DNA from: an uncultured Gammaproteobacteria bacterium
GTDB taxonomy: Bacteria > Patescibacteriota > Patescibacteriia > Magasanikbacterales > UBA922
Assembly: GCA_965231005.1 (NCBI GenBank)
Contig: OZ246405.1
Span: forward strand, 1,159,829-1,223,828
Length of the DNA stretch: 64,000 bases
Direction: 5' to 3'
Shown here: piece after piece, positions 36,960 through 46,509 of the stretch
Position numbering within the stretch: the first letter of the stretch is position 1
Layout of the letters: the number at the start of each line of letters is the position of its first letter
Notes under the pieces: model-generated
Seen by the model: only the letters and a program-made list of their open reading frames with translations
The model's database searches: none
What the model was told of the DNA's origin: nothing
Program-made: the position numbers and the translations under genes

Positions 36960-38387
36960 ATGGGTTTTATATCACAGTCTGCAGGCTATTCGTTCTTGGT
37001 TTCTTTTGGGACTGTCATGTTACTTATAACATATATATTTTCCAGATGGAAAAAATGGCATACAAAGGACGGTTTTCTTGTGGCAAACCGTGAAGTTGGT
37101 TGGTTTGTCGGATCATCAAGTATTGCAGCATCTTGGATATGGGCGCCTGCACTTTTTGTTTCTGTGCAACTTGCTTATCAAAAAGGATTGGCTGGTATTT
37201 TTTGGTTTACGTTTCCAAACATCATTGCACTAGCAATTTTTGCTTTACTTGCACCTCGGATAAGAAAACTGTTGCCAGAAGGATATACACTTCCACAATA
37301 CATTCGTCACAGACTGCAAAGTGATAAAATACACAAAATTTATCTTTTTCCATATTTCTTTTATCAGCTAATGGCCGTAACTGTGCAACTTTTTGCTGGT
37401 GGCAGTCTTCTCTCTCTTTTAACTGGTATACCACTGACAACTGTCATGCCCATTTTGGCAATTATCGCTTTAGTATACACACTTATTTCAGGACTTAAGG
37501 CATCTATTATTACGGACTTTGTACAATTAGCTATGATATTTATTATAGGTGCAGTTATTTTACCTATGACATGGAAGGCAGCCGGTGGCGCTTCAGCTAT
37601 CAGTGCAGGACTGGCTGGCATTGAAGGAATCAAAAATATTTTTGATCCAGGAGTAGCATTCTCACTTGGAATTGTAACTTCCATCGGTTTAATAGCAGGT
37701 GCAATATCTGATCAACAATATTGGCAAAGAACTTTTGCTATTAAGAAAAAACAACTTGCAAAATCATTTATTATTGGGGCGCTCCTTTTCGGGATTGTGC
37801 CTATTGCTTTATCAACTCTTGGATTCTTAGCTGCAAATCCTGCATTAAACGTAGTACTACCATCTGGTATTGATGTCTCAATGATTGGTGTACAAACTGT
37901 TGCAACACTATTACCAACTTGGGCAGTATTCTTGTTTGTCATTATGCTTCTTTCGGGCTTAAGTTCCACGCTTGATTCTGGTCTATCAGCAGCCAGTTCT
38001 TTATGGGTTACAGATATAAAGAAAATTGAAGCTGACGATGTGGCTATTAGATCAGCAAGGGTATCAATGATTGGAACTGCAGCTATTGGACTACTAATTG
38101 CGTATGCAGTTCATTTTATCCCTCAGTTTGGTTTATTCCATCTGTGGTGGATATTCAATACAATTGCTGCCTGCGTTGTTGTACCAACAATTCTCAGTCT
38201 ATATTGGGATAAACTGGATGCAAGAGGAGTATTTTGGGGTGTGTCAGTTTCTTTTGTAGTAGGTCTACCTCTTTTCGTTTATGGTAATATTATTGATAAA
38301 CCAATTTGGATTGTGGGTGCCTCACTCTTTATCATAATAATGAGTACCATTTTCTGTCTTGCAATGCCAAAAAAAATTACGCAATAG
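36960..38387 (+). CDS. Sodium:solute symporter family (SSS) transporter.
   Basis: 475 aa, about 13 TM helices. N-terminal SSS pattern GREVGWFVGSSSIAASWIWAPALF. Confidence 0.75.
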   Translation: MGFISQSAGYSFLVSFGTVMLLITYIFSRWKKWHTKDGFLVANREVGWFVGSSSIAASWIWAPALFVSVQLAYQKGLAGIFWFTFPNIIALAIFALLAPRIRKLLPEGYTLPQYIRHRLQSDKIHKIYLFPYFFYQLMAVTVQLFAGGSLLSLLTGIPLTTVMPILAIIALVYTLISGLKASIITDFVQLAMIFIIGAVILPMTWKAAGGASAISAGLAGIEGIKNIFDPGVAFSLGIVTSIGLIAGAISDQQYWQRTFAIKKKQLAKSFIIGALLFGIVPIALSTLGFLAANPALNVVLPSGIDVSMIGVQTVATLLPTWAVFLFVIMLLSGLSSTLDSGLSAASSLWVTDIKKIEADDVAIRSARVSMIGTAAIGLLIAYAVHFIPQFGLFHLWWIFNTIAACVVVPTILSLYWDKLDARGVFWGVSVSFVVGLPLFVYGNIIDKPIWIVGASLFIIIMSTIFCLAMPKKITQ

Positions 38388-38392
38388 ACAAC

Positions 38393-39484
38393 ATGAAAAA
38401 ACTCCTCTCTTTCATCTTTATAATAGCAATTGTAGCGGCAGGAACCATTGGATTCCTGCGTTTTCGTGATTTAAACACCTATACTGACCTTGCAAATAAA
38501 ACTCCAAAGCCAACTCAAGAAGTAGTTACTCAGCCCGTTCAACCGAAAAAATCATTCCCAATTTCAAATACAGAACCACGTAAAGATCTCCCTTCTGTCG
38601 ATCTACGTGACAAGCAAACTGATGAAGTGAAAAAAACTGAAGAAAATCCGCCAAAGGCGGATCAGCCTTCGGCTGAAAAAGAAGAAGCATCAATACCTAC
38701 TCCGGCAGTAACACCTGAACCTGTTAAGGAAGAACCTATTCAGGAAGTAAAGAAAATTGAGGAGCCAAAGAAAGAAGTAAGTGCGCCAACTCCCTTAAAA
38801 ATAATTGTTAATGAAGTCATCCCAGATGCAGTATTAACTCGAGCTGGAGTAATCCAGTTTACAAACAGCCATCGTGCAGCACAAGGCTTTTCTGCTCTAT
38901 CAGAAAATACCTTATTGAATAATGCTGCAACACTGAAAGCACAAGATATGTTTAGTGGACAATATTTTGCACATGTTGGGCCAGATGGAAAAGAACCTTC
39001 AGATTGGGTAAAACAAGTGGGATATGATTTTAAAAATACAGGAGAAAATCTTGCACAAGGAAATTTTGAATCTGACCAAGTACTTGTACAGGGATGGATG
39101 GACAGCCCTGGACACCGAGCAAATATCTTAAAGCCTGAGTTTACTGAAATTGGTGTTGGTGTTGTAAAAGGAATGTATGAAGGACGTGAAACATGGCATG
39201 CAGTCCAAGTATTTGGGAAACCAATGCCAATTTGTGATAAACCAGAACAAGTATTGCAAGACCAGATAGATGCAAACCAAACAAAAATTGATGAAATGAA
39301 AAATCAACTGGATACATTAGCACAAGAAATTGAAACCGCTCCGAATTCTACAATCCACAATCAAAAAGCTGAAGAATACAACGCACTTATTCCAACATAC
39401 AATGATCTTGCAACACTGACAAAGTCGTTGGTTGAAAAATATAATGGTCAGGTAAACACATACAATACGTGTATCAAACAGTAA
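38393..39484 (+). CDS. Membrane-anchored CAP/SCP/PR-1 domain protein with a Pro/Glu-rich linker and a C-terminal coiled-coil.
   Basis: N-terminal TM LLSFIFIIAIVAAGTIGFL. CAP motifs GENLAQGNFESDQVLVQGWMDSPGHRANIL. The track ORF from 38306 overlaps the upstream gene; 38393 is the likely ATG. Confidence 0.75.
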   Translation: MKKLLSFIFIIAIVAAGTIGFLRFRDLNTYTDLANKTPKPTQEVVTQPVQPKKSFPISNTEPRKDLPSVDLRDKQTDEVKKTEENPPKADQPSAEKEEASIPTPAVTPEPVKEEPIQEVKKIEEPKKEVSAPTPLKIIVNEVIPDAVLTRAGVIQFTNSHRAAQGFSALSENTLLNNAATLKAQDMFSGQYFAHVGPDGKEPSDWVKQVGYDFKNTGENLAQGNFESDQVLVQGWMDSPGHRANILKPEFTEIGVGVVKGMYEGRETWHAVQVFGKPMPICDKPEQVLQDQIDANQTKIDEMKNQLDTLAQEIETAPNSTIHNQKAEEYNALIPTYNDLATLTKSLVEKYNGQVNTYNTCIKQ

Positions 39485-39508
39485 ACCTTATTTTAGTTAA
39501 TAGTCGGA

Positions 39509-39700
39509 TCAACTTGGGGTTCGGGGTGGCAGCGCGCCGAGCGAGGCCTCTAAAGTTGAGTCCTGCTTTACTCGATGTGTTGTTGCAGTTGACTCTCGTC
39601 GAGACGATCGAAAGAGGCCGAGCGGATATAAACAAGTGTTAGGCAAATATAAGAAGCGCATCTGCCACCCTCGAAACTTTTTGGTTACAAAAAGAACAAG
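39509..39700. ncRNA. Candidate structured non-coding RNA: a GC-rich (about 52%) block in an AT-rich spacer between convergent genes. It carries a long-range closing helix and nested hairpins. No known family recognised.
   Basis: GGTGGCAGCGCGC (39535-39547) pairs with GCGCATCTGCCACC (39657-39670). Inner helices ggcctct/agaggcc and ctcgatg/cgtcgag. No ORF with a start/SD. No RNase P, tmRNA or SRP motifs found by eye. Confidence 0.3.
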
Positions 39701-39774
39701 AAAATCTAATGTATACCCATAAGATTGCTTCGTCGTCCTAACTTCGTTAGAACTCCTCGCAATGACAGTAAAGA

Positions 39775-39802
39775 AAAACAAGCTTAGTTAGCTTGTTTTT
39801 TA
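39775..39802. terminator. Bidirectional rho-independent terminator shared by asnS (minus) and the upstream plus-strand unit.
   Basis: aaaaacaagct tagtt agcttgtttttt. Confidence 0.8.
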
Positions 39803-39803
39803 T

Positions 39804-41105
39804 TTACGGTCTACTTCTATTTACAAGACGTGGAAATGGAATACACTCTCGAATATGCTCAACACCACTCATCCATCTAACCATTCGCTCTAAACCAATT
39901 CCAAATCCAGAATGAGGAACACTTCCATATTTGCGCAGATCTAAATACCACTGAAAATCATCAACATTCAAACCATCTTCTTTAATTCGACCAAGTAATA
40001 TATCATAATCATCTTCTCTTTGTGAGCCACCAGAAATCTCCCCTGCTCCTTCAATTCCAATTAAGTCATTATTTAATACTCGAGATGGATCTGTAGGATC
40101 AATCTTCATATAAAATGGCTTAATTCCTTTTGGCCATTTTTCAATAAATACAGGAACATCACTGTCTTTTGTGAGCAATCCTTCATCATCATTTCCTAAA
40201 TCTTCTCCATGTTTAATATCTGAACCAAGTTCATGCAATTTTTTAATTGCTTGTTCATAATCTAAACGAATGAATGGTTTTTCCACGACTGCACGAAGTG
40301 GTTCTGGGTCACGTCCTAATACTTCAAATTCAGCCTGACACTGGTCAAGACATGCAGATACAATGGCTTTTACTAATCCTTCTTGAATCTTTACATTTTC
40401 ATCGTGTTCAACAAAGGCTGCTTCAGCATCCATCATCCAAAACTCTGTAAGATGTCGTTTTGTTGTTGATTTTTCAGCTCGAAACACAGGTCCAAAGTCA
40501 TAACAACGACCGACTGATCCAATCAATGATTCTAAATACAGTTGCCCTGTTTGAGCAAGGAACACTTCTCCAAGATCAAAATAGTTAACTGGGAATAATG
40601 ATGTTGTTCCTTCACATGCATTTGGAGTAAAAATTGGTGAATCAGTTCTAATAAATCCTTGCTCATGCAAGTACTTACCAATAGCCATTTGAACAACATC
40701 TCGAATGCGCAATACTGCCCATTGCTTTCTTGACCGAACCCACAGATGTCTATTGTTCAATAAAAAGTCAGGACCATGTTCTTTTTTTGTAATTGGATAT
40801 TCTACTGAATTACCAACCAATTCAATGTCAGAGACTTGTAATTCGTATGTGTCTTCTTTTTTAGGATGTTTACTCACTGTTCCAGTGACCGTTACTGAAG
40901 ACTCTTGAGTAAGTGCTTGCGCAGTATCCCAAAAAGGTGCTTCCTCTTCTGGCTTTGCAACAACAGCCTGAATAAACCCTGTGCCATCACGAAGCTCAAT
41001 AAAAGCAATTTTTCCTGAAGAACGAGTATTGTGTACCCATCCTGACAATGTTACCTCTTTGCCGATATGCTCAGAGACTTGGTTAATATATGTATTCATA
41101 GACAA
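39804..41105 (-). CDS. asnS: Asparaginyl-tRNA synthetase.
   Basis: N-terminal OB fold VTLSGWVHNTRSSGKIAFIELRDGTGFIQAVV. Motif 2 FRAEKSTTKRHLTEFWMMDAEAAF. 433 aa. Confidence 0.92.
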   Translation of the reverse strand: MSMNTYINQVSEHIGKEVTLSGWVHNTRSSGKIAFIELRDGTGFIQAVVAKPEEEAPFWDTAQALTQESSVTVTGTVSKHPKKEDTYELQVSDIELVGNSVEYPITKKEHGPDFLLNNRHLWVRSRKQWAVLRIRDVVQMAIGKYLHEQGFIRTDSPIFTPNACEGTTSLFPVNYFDLGEVFLAQTGQLYLESLIGSVGRCYDFGPVFRAEKSTTKRHLTEFWMMDAEAAFVEHDENVKIQEGLVKAIVSACLDQCQAEFEVLGRDPEPLRAVVEKPFIRLDYEQAIKKLHELGSDIKHGEDLGNDDEGLLTKDSDVPVFIEKWPKGIKPFYMKIDPTDPSRVLNNDLIGIEGAGEISGGSQREDDYDILLGRIKEDGLNVDDFQWYLDLRKYGSVPHSGFGIGLERMVRWMSGVEHIRECIPFPRLVNRSRP

Positions 41106-41161
41106 AAATCAATATAAGTGCCTTCATTTTAGCCTAGAAACACGTATTTTGCAAGGTAGAT

Positions 41162-42454
41162 CTAGAGTGAGGAAAGTCGTTCTTTGTAGCCGTCAATGCC
41201 AAGATTCCCAGGTGCACCAAGGCTTACTTTTGACTCTAAGTTGCTAAGCATATCAACTTCATAGCTATCAACCATTGCTGAAGCCTTTTTGTACGCATCT
41301 CTAAATGCCATTCCTTTATTTTTGACAAGATCATTTGCAATATCTGTCATGAAAATATCTTTACTAATATTTCTTTGAATCATATCAACTTTTGGTTTCA
41401 TAGTGCTCACAAGCAATTTTACAACTTTTAAGCTTTGAACAACAATATCTGTACTTTCAAGCAAAGGTTTTTTTAGCAATTGAAAATCTCTGTTGTATCC
41501 AGACAACAGATTTTTTGCGATATCTTTTACCATGTGTTGATAATTGAGCACAACACCACTGTTTGCCCTAAGAATTTCCATGACATCCACATTTCTTTTT
41601 TGTGGCATAATACTTGACCCTGTTGTCAAATTTGAAGCTATATCAAAAAAGTTAAACTCTGTTGATGTAAACAAAAGCATATCGTTTGCAAATCTTCCAA
41701 GTGTTAACATAATTTGTGACAATGCTTCCATATACAGACTTTCAAATTTTCCTCTGCTATTTTGGCAGTACAATGAATTCACTTGAATACCGCCAAAACC
41801 AAGCTCTTTGGTTGTATATTGCCTATCAAGAGGAAATGCAACACCAAAACCAGCAGCACTCCCCAGTGGATTTTTGTTTATGTGTTTGCACGTACTATGT
41901 ACTATTTCAATGTCGTCGAGCAATGATTCAACAAAACTACACATATAATGACTCACACTCGAAAGCATTGCTTGTTGTGTATGTGTATACCCTGGCATTG
42001 GGATATGTTGATGTGTTGTTGCAAAATCCAAAAAAGTCTTGGTAGTTTCTTTTGTTAGCTCAGCAATTTGATCCAGATGTTCTTTCATGTACAATCGCAA
42101 TGCAACGAGAACTTGATCGTTTCTACTTCTTCCGGTATGAATTTTTTTGCCAACGTCTCCAAGTTTGTTTGTCAGATATGATTCAATAACCGTATGACAA
42201 TCTTCGTCATGAACAGTAATCTTTATAAGACCTTCTTTCCAGTCCTTTTCCATTTGTGCTAGTACATTTTCAATATTATGCAATTCTTCAGTACTAATAA
42301 GGCCAATGCGTTCAAGACCTTGTGCATGAATCTTGCTGGCCAACATATCATACTTCATGATTTGTTGATCCAAAATATAATCCTCTCCAACAGTATATCG
42401 CTCAACAAGCGGGTGAAGTTGATCATGATTCTCCTTGTTCCAAAGTTTAGACAT
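41162..42454 (-). CDS. argH: Argininosuccinate lyase (fumarate-lyase superfamily).
   Basis: Signature GSSIMPQKRNVDVMEILRANSG. ArgH-like N-terminus MSKLW...DQQIMKYDMLASKIHAQGL. 430 aa. Confidence 0.8.
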   Translation of the reverse strand: MSKLWNKENHDQLHPLVERYTVGEDYILDQQIMKYDMLASKIHAQGLERIGLISTEELHNIENVLAQMEKDWKEGLIKITVHDEDCHTVIESYLTNKLGDVGKKIHTGRSRNDQVLVALRLYMKEHLDQIAELTKETTKTFLDFATTHQHIPMPGYTHTQQAMLSSVSHYMCSFVESLLDDIEIVHSTCKHINKNPLGSAAGFGVAFPLDRQYTTKELGFGGIQVNSLYCQNSRGKFESLYMEALSQIMLTLGRFANDMLLFTSTEFNFFDIASNLTTGSSIMPQKRNVDVMEILRANSGVVLNYQHMVKDIAKNLLSGYNRDFQLLKKPLLESTDIVVQSLKVVKLLVSTMKPKVDMIQRNISKDIFMTDIANDLVKNKGMAFRDAYKKASAMVDSYEVDMLSNLESKVSLGAPGNLGIDGYKERLSSL

Positions 42455-42475
42455 ACTAAATATATTAGATAATTA

Positions 42476-42502
42476 AAAACAAAAAATCTCTCTTGCGAGA
42501 GA
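42476..42502 (-). terminator. Rho-independent terminator downstream of recO (minus strand).
   Basis: Minus strand cttctctcgcaagagagattttttgttttt. Confidence 0.7.
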
Positions 42503-42632
42503 AGGTGCGATGAACAATTTGAGTACATTAACCACGCCAACTCTCGAGAGAAGTGCGGCGGCGGCGGATTGTTACAAATTGATATTGTTTCATACTAGAT
42601 ACAGAATACTAGAAAACATAAAAACTGTCAAA

Positions 42633-43364
42633 TTAGAAGGCCTTTCCCACCCAATCTGGGATATTTCTGTCGTGATGATGACGTGCAAATCCATAAATAA
42701 TCTTATGCAAAATTCTATATTGAACAGCACTTAAATGCAGACGAGATACGGTCTCAAAATCAGAACCCAAAAGAAATCGAAGTGTTTTTCTTGCTCCTTT
42801 ACCACAGGGCGTAATACTGTGGCCCAACTTTTCCTTTTCTTTTCTACAACCACTACATATCACTCCCCCACCCAAAAAATAAAAACCAAAGAGTTGAGAT
42901 TTTTTTGAACACACAACGCAATGAGTTATTACTGGCTGCATACCAAGGAGAGAAAATAATTGCAATACAAATGCATCAAGTACAATCAGACGTGTCTTTT
43001 CTATGCTATCCAGTACGCCGATATATTCGTCCAGAATATCATAAACACCTTCATCAAGTTGTCCGGCTTCAGTCAAAAGATTTACAATCCTTATTCCATA
43101 TAATGTCAGAATACTTTTATGTGGATTCGTTCGTATTGAAATCCTAGAATCAATAGGAATAACTTTTATTAAATGATCCATCTTTTTCCCATGAACTATT
43201 TCCACATCAATAACAGTAGACGGCTCAATATGAGCCGCGTGTTTACTTGTAATTTTTTTTATGCCACGCGCCATGACTTCTTGCTTTCCTCTTTCTTTCG
43301 TGAGAAATGTTACCATTTGATCATGTTCACGAATGTCGCGGCGTTCAAGAACTATTGCTCTCAT
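42633..43364 (-). CDS. recO: DNA repair protein RecO.
   Basis: N-terminal OB fold MRAIVLERRDIREHDQMVTFLTKERGKQ. C-terminal zinc finger CVVCSKK...CSGC. 243 aa. Confidence 0.8.
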   Translation of the reverse strand: MRAIVLERRDIREHDQMVTFLTKERGKQEVMARGIKKITSKHAAHIEPSTVIDVEIVHGKKMDHLIKVIPIDSRISIRTNPHKSILTLYGIRIVNLLTEAGQLDEGVYDILDEYIGVLDSIEKTRLIVLDAFVLQLFSLLGMQPVITHCVVCSKKSQLFGFYFLGGGVICSGCRKEKEKLGHSITPCGKGARKTLRFLLGSDFETVSRLHLSAVQYRILHKIIYGFARHHHDRNIPDWVGKAF

Positions 43365-43753
43365 ACATCTTCTTGATCTAAGTATGCTTTCAGGATAATC
43401 ATTGCTGATTTTTCATCACGAGATGCTTCTCCACCCATATCGTCTGCTTCTGCAGAACTAAATCGTTCATCAGTAAATGCAACAGGAAGACCAGACGCAT
43501 CACTAACTTCTTTTGCAAAAGAACGGATACGTTTTGTATTTGGATTTTCTAATTCGTCTTCATGAACACTCAATGGAAGTCCAAAAACGAGCTGGTTGAT
43601 ACCTTCATTCTTAATCAGTTCAAGCAATTGTGTTTTCATTACATCTTGCGATTCACCACTAATAACACCAAAAGGAAGGGCAATATCTAAGCCCTTTTGT
43701 GCCCATGCTAGGCCAATGCGTTTTGTGCCGAAGTCTATTGCGAGGATGTTCAT
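43361..43753 (-). CDS. ruvX: Holliday-junction resolvase-like RuvX/YqgF.
   Basis: MNILAIDFGTKRIGLAWAQ. About 130 aa. Overlaps the recO start by 4 nt. Confidence 0.88.
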   Translation of the reverse strand: MNILAIDFGTKRIGLAWAQKGLDIALPFGVISGESQDVMKTQLLELIKNEGINQLVFGLPLSVHEDELENPNTKRIRSFAKEVSDASGLPVAFTDERFSSAEADDMGGEASRDEKSAMIILKAYLDQEDV

Positions 43754-43813
43754 ACAGACATATCGTACACTAAAACGCATAGTTACGCAAAGAGTCGTCT
43801 AGACCTCTCCCTT

Positions 43814-44596
43814 TTAATCCTTGGAACAAATAATATTACTAATATGTTTTCTTAATGCTACAAAATCATGCTGAAACATCACCTCAGACTTTCTTTTGTC
43901 ATTGATATATGTATTCACAACTTTTTTTATTGTTCCAGGAGCTTTACCTAAGACAAATACTTTATTGGCCAAGTAAATAGCTTCTTCTATATCATGAGTA
44001 ACGAGAATCATTGTTTTCTTTTCCTCTTTACATAATGCAACAAGTAACTCTTGCATCTGTGATCTTGTCTGTACATCAAGTGCACCAAAAGGCTCATCAA
44101 AAACAACAATGTCAGTGTCTTGCGCAATTGCTCTTGCAATAGCAACACGCTGTTGCATCCCGCCAGAAAGCTTGTGAACAAAAAAATCTTTTACATGGTA
44201 TAAACCGACTCGTTTCAGCAACTTACTCACTAATCTATCAATTTCGTACTTTGACATACTCTTGCCATAGAGACCGACAGCAACATTTTCATACACTGTC
44301 ATCCAAGAAAAATTTGAATATGCCTGAGAAACCAATGCTATTCTATTATTTCTCAAATAGTCAAAACTATCCTCCCCATTAATTCTAATACTCCCCGAAT
44401 AATCATTTTCAATCCCTGTTAGGCATTTAAGAATTGTGCTTTTCCCAGAACCACTCTGACCTACTATACAGACAATTTCTCCTTTTTCAACATTAAAAGA
44501 TACATCCTTTATTGCATTAAAAAATCCTTTTTCTCTATCATAATATTGTTTCGTAAGATTTTTTACTTCAAGCATATGTTTATCCCTTATACTCAA
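43814..44596 (-). CDS. ABC transporter ATP-binding protein (NitT/TauT nitrate/sulfonate/bicarbonate-type).
   Basis: Walker A GQSGSGKST. Signature LSGGMQQRVAIARA. Walker B IVVFDEP. Confidence 0.88.
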   Translation of the reverse strand: MSIRDKHMLEVKNLTKQYYDREKGFFNAIKDVSFNVEKGEIVCIVGQSGSGKSTILKCLTGIENDYSGSIRINGEDSFDYLRNNRIALVSQAYSNFSWMTVYENVAVGLYGKSMSKYEIDRLVSKLLKRVGLYHVKDFFVHKLSGGMQQRVAIARAIAQDTDIVVFDEPFGALDVQTRSQMQELLVALCKEEKKTMILVTHDIEEAIYLANKVFVLGKAPGTIKKVVNTYINDKRKSEVMFQHDFVALRKHISNIICSKD

Positions 44597-45329
44597 AAAC
44601 GTAGGGATATGTTTTTTTAAAGATGTAATCAGTTAAAAAGCCAATTATTCCAATTGCAGTAATCCCTACATACAAATCTGGAATATTTGAAAATCTTTGA
44701 GCTTCTTTTATCATATGTCCAATACCTGAATTTGCGGCGACAAGTTCTGCAATAATAAGATATGTCCAACACCAACCCAATGTTATTCTAGAATTATCAA
44801 AGAGTTGCGGTGCAATACTTGATAATTTTATCTTTAACAATTTATATGAATTGAAATTTAGTGTATATGACAAATCTAAATACTCTTTCGGAATATTATT
44901 CAAATCATCAATGATCAGCAAGATCAATTGAAAAAATGTCCCAATAAACAGAAGAGAAATTTTTGCTCCCTCACCAATTCCGAAAAACAAAATTGTAAGC
45001 GGTATAAGTGCTGGTACAGGCAGATATCGTATGAAGTCAATATATGGAGAAAGAAAGGCGTGCACATGCTTCCATGAATTCATTGCCAGAGCCATGGGTA
45101 CAGCAATAACAAAGGAAAGTGAAAAAGCCACAAATACTCGAAACATTGAAATACTAATATCCTCAGTAAGAGATTTTTCAACAAATAGCTTTTCAAGAGA
45201 ATGGAAAAAATCTTGTATTGTTGGAAAAAATATTGGATTTATAAAATCAAGATAGGAACTCAAGACCCACAACAATATAAGCATTGTCATTGAAATCAAG
45301 AATAAATTTTTTCCTCTTACTAATTTCAT
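44580..45329 (-). CDS. ABC transporter permease (NitT/TauT family).
   Basis: 249 aa, 6 TM helices. EAA-like loop. Overlaps the ATPase gene. Confidence 0.8.
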   Translation of the reverse strand: MKLVRGKNLFLISMTMLILLWVLSSYLDFINPIFFPTIQDFFHSLEKLFVEKSLTEDISISMFRVFVAFSLSFVIAVPMALAMNSWKHVHAFLSPYIDFIRYLPVPALIPLTILFFGIGEGAKISLLFIGTFFQLILLIIDDLNNIPKEYLDLSYTLNFNSYKLLKIKLSSIAPQLFDNSRITLGWCWTYLIIAELVAANSGIGHMIKEAQRFSNIPDLYVGITAIGIIGFLTDYIFKKTYPYVFEYKG

Positions 45330-45338
45330 GTGATAACG

Positions 45339-46340
45339 TTATTTGTAACTTTTGATTATACTGTCTGTTAATTTATTTTCTGATGAGACTCTCACACCTG
45401 CTGAATGATTACGTTCCAATATATCACCCACAAGATCAAACGTATCATACGCATTATGTTGCTGTCTTTTATCAAATAATTTTTGATTATCTTCTAATGT
45501 TAGCCAACTAATCCCTGATTTAATTTCTTCCATCTCGGTTTTTTCAATTCCAAAAGATTTTGCCATAATCTGCATGGATTCATCTGGATTATTTTTCCAA
45601 TACTCTACAGCATCAAACCAACCATCAGATATTTTTCTAAGAGTTTCCTGATCATGTTCAACCAGTTTTTCTGAAGCAAACAATAAGTCAATAATAAGAC
45701 CTGGCGTATCTGCACTAGAAACGAGAACCTTCGCACCATCTCTGTTAGATGCACTTATAGATAAATACGGCTCATATGTTCCTGCAATATCAATTTGTTT
45801 TGAGACAAATGCATTCCCAGCATCTGAAGAAGGCAAATCCTTAAAATCCACATCAGTAAGACTCAATCCTTCTTTATTCAACAAATACTGCAAAATAAAA
45901 TACGGTGGGAATCCAGGCTCAGCTCCAACTTTTTTCCCTTTCAGATCCTTCAGTTCATGTATGTCTCCAGAAACCACAACTCCATCTCCACCATGTGATT
46001 CATCAATAGCTAAAAAACCAATACCTGGAGGAACATGTTCCTCAACCGCTTGAAAAATATCATACGTTGCACCATACATATCAATTTTTCCACTATTCAT
46101 AGCAGCCCGGAGATCACCAATCGTTTCAATTCTGACAATATCCACCTCAATATCCTTAAATAGACTCTTCTCCTTTGCCAAATAAAGTGGTGCATATCCT
46201 GGAAAAGTCACGATACCAATAGTAACTGCTTTCCTAGATTCTCCTTTAGAAGTACCTTTTTTGCTGTATTCAGCAAAAAAAGGCATAGCAACGATGACAA
46301 GGGCTAATAGAACAATTGCACTGATAGTTTTTCTATTCAT
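45339..46340 (-). CDS. ABC transporter substrate-binding protein (NMT1/SsuA/TauA-like) with a signal anchor.
   Basis: 333 aa. N-terminal TM/signal. Periplasmic binding fold. First gene of the 3-gene operon. Confidence 0.75.
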   Translation of the reverse strand: MNRKTISAIVLLALVIVAMPFFAEYSKKGTSKGESRKAVTIGIVTFPGYAPLYLAKEKSLFKDIEVDIVRIETIGDLRAAMNSGKIDMYGATYDIFQAVEEHVPPGIGFLAIDESHGGDGVVVSGDIHELKDLKGKKVGAEPGFPPYFILQYLLNKEGLSLTDVDFKDLPSSDAGNAFVSKQIDIAGTYEPYLSISASNRDGAKVLVSSADTPGLIIDLLFASEKLVEHDQETLRKISDGWFDAVEYWKNNPDESMQIMAKSFGIEKTEMEEIKSGISWLTLEDNQKLFDKRQQHNAYDTFDLVGDILERNHSAGVRVSSENKLTDSIIKSYK

Positions 46341-46460
46341 AATTTAAAATTAGTTAATTATATTTCAATGAACAAATATACCATGAAAAACAGATGGTGT
46401 CAATATTATTATAAGATAAAATTGTATTTTTTTGTTTAAAATAAGCCAAATTATCACATG

Positions 46461-46501
46461 TTGTCAAAAGTATTGACAAAAGACAGATGTTATGGTATAC
46501 T
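46461..46501 (+). promoter_or_regulatory. Promoter TTGACA-17-TGgTATACT with an overlapping direct repeat TTGTCAAAAG/TTGACAAAAG. The -10 ends 8 nt before the ATG of the TrmB-family gene, implying a leaderless mRNA. The repeat may be the operator.
   Basis: ttgtcaaaagtaTTGACAaaagacagatgttaTGgTATACTagaaacatATG. Confidence 0.55.
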
Positions 46502-46509
46502 AGAAACAT

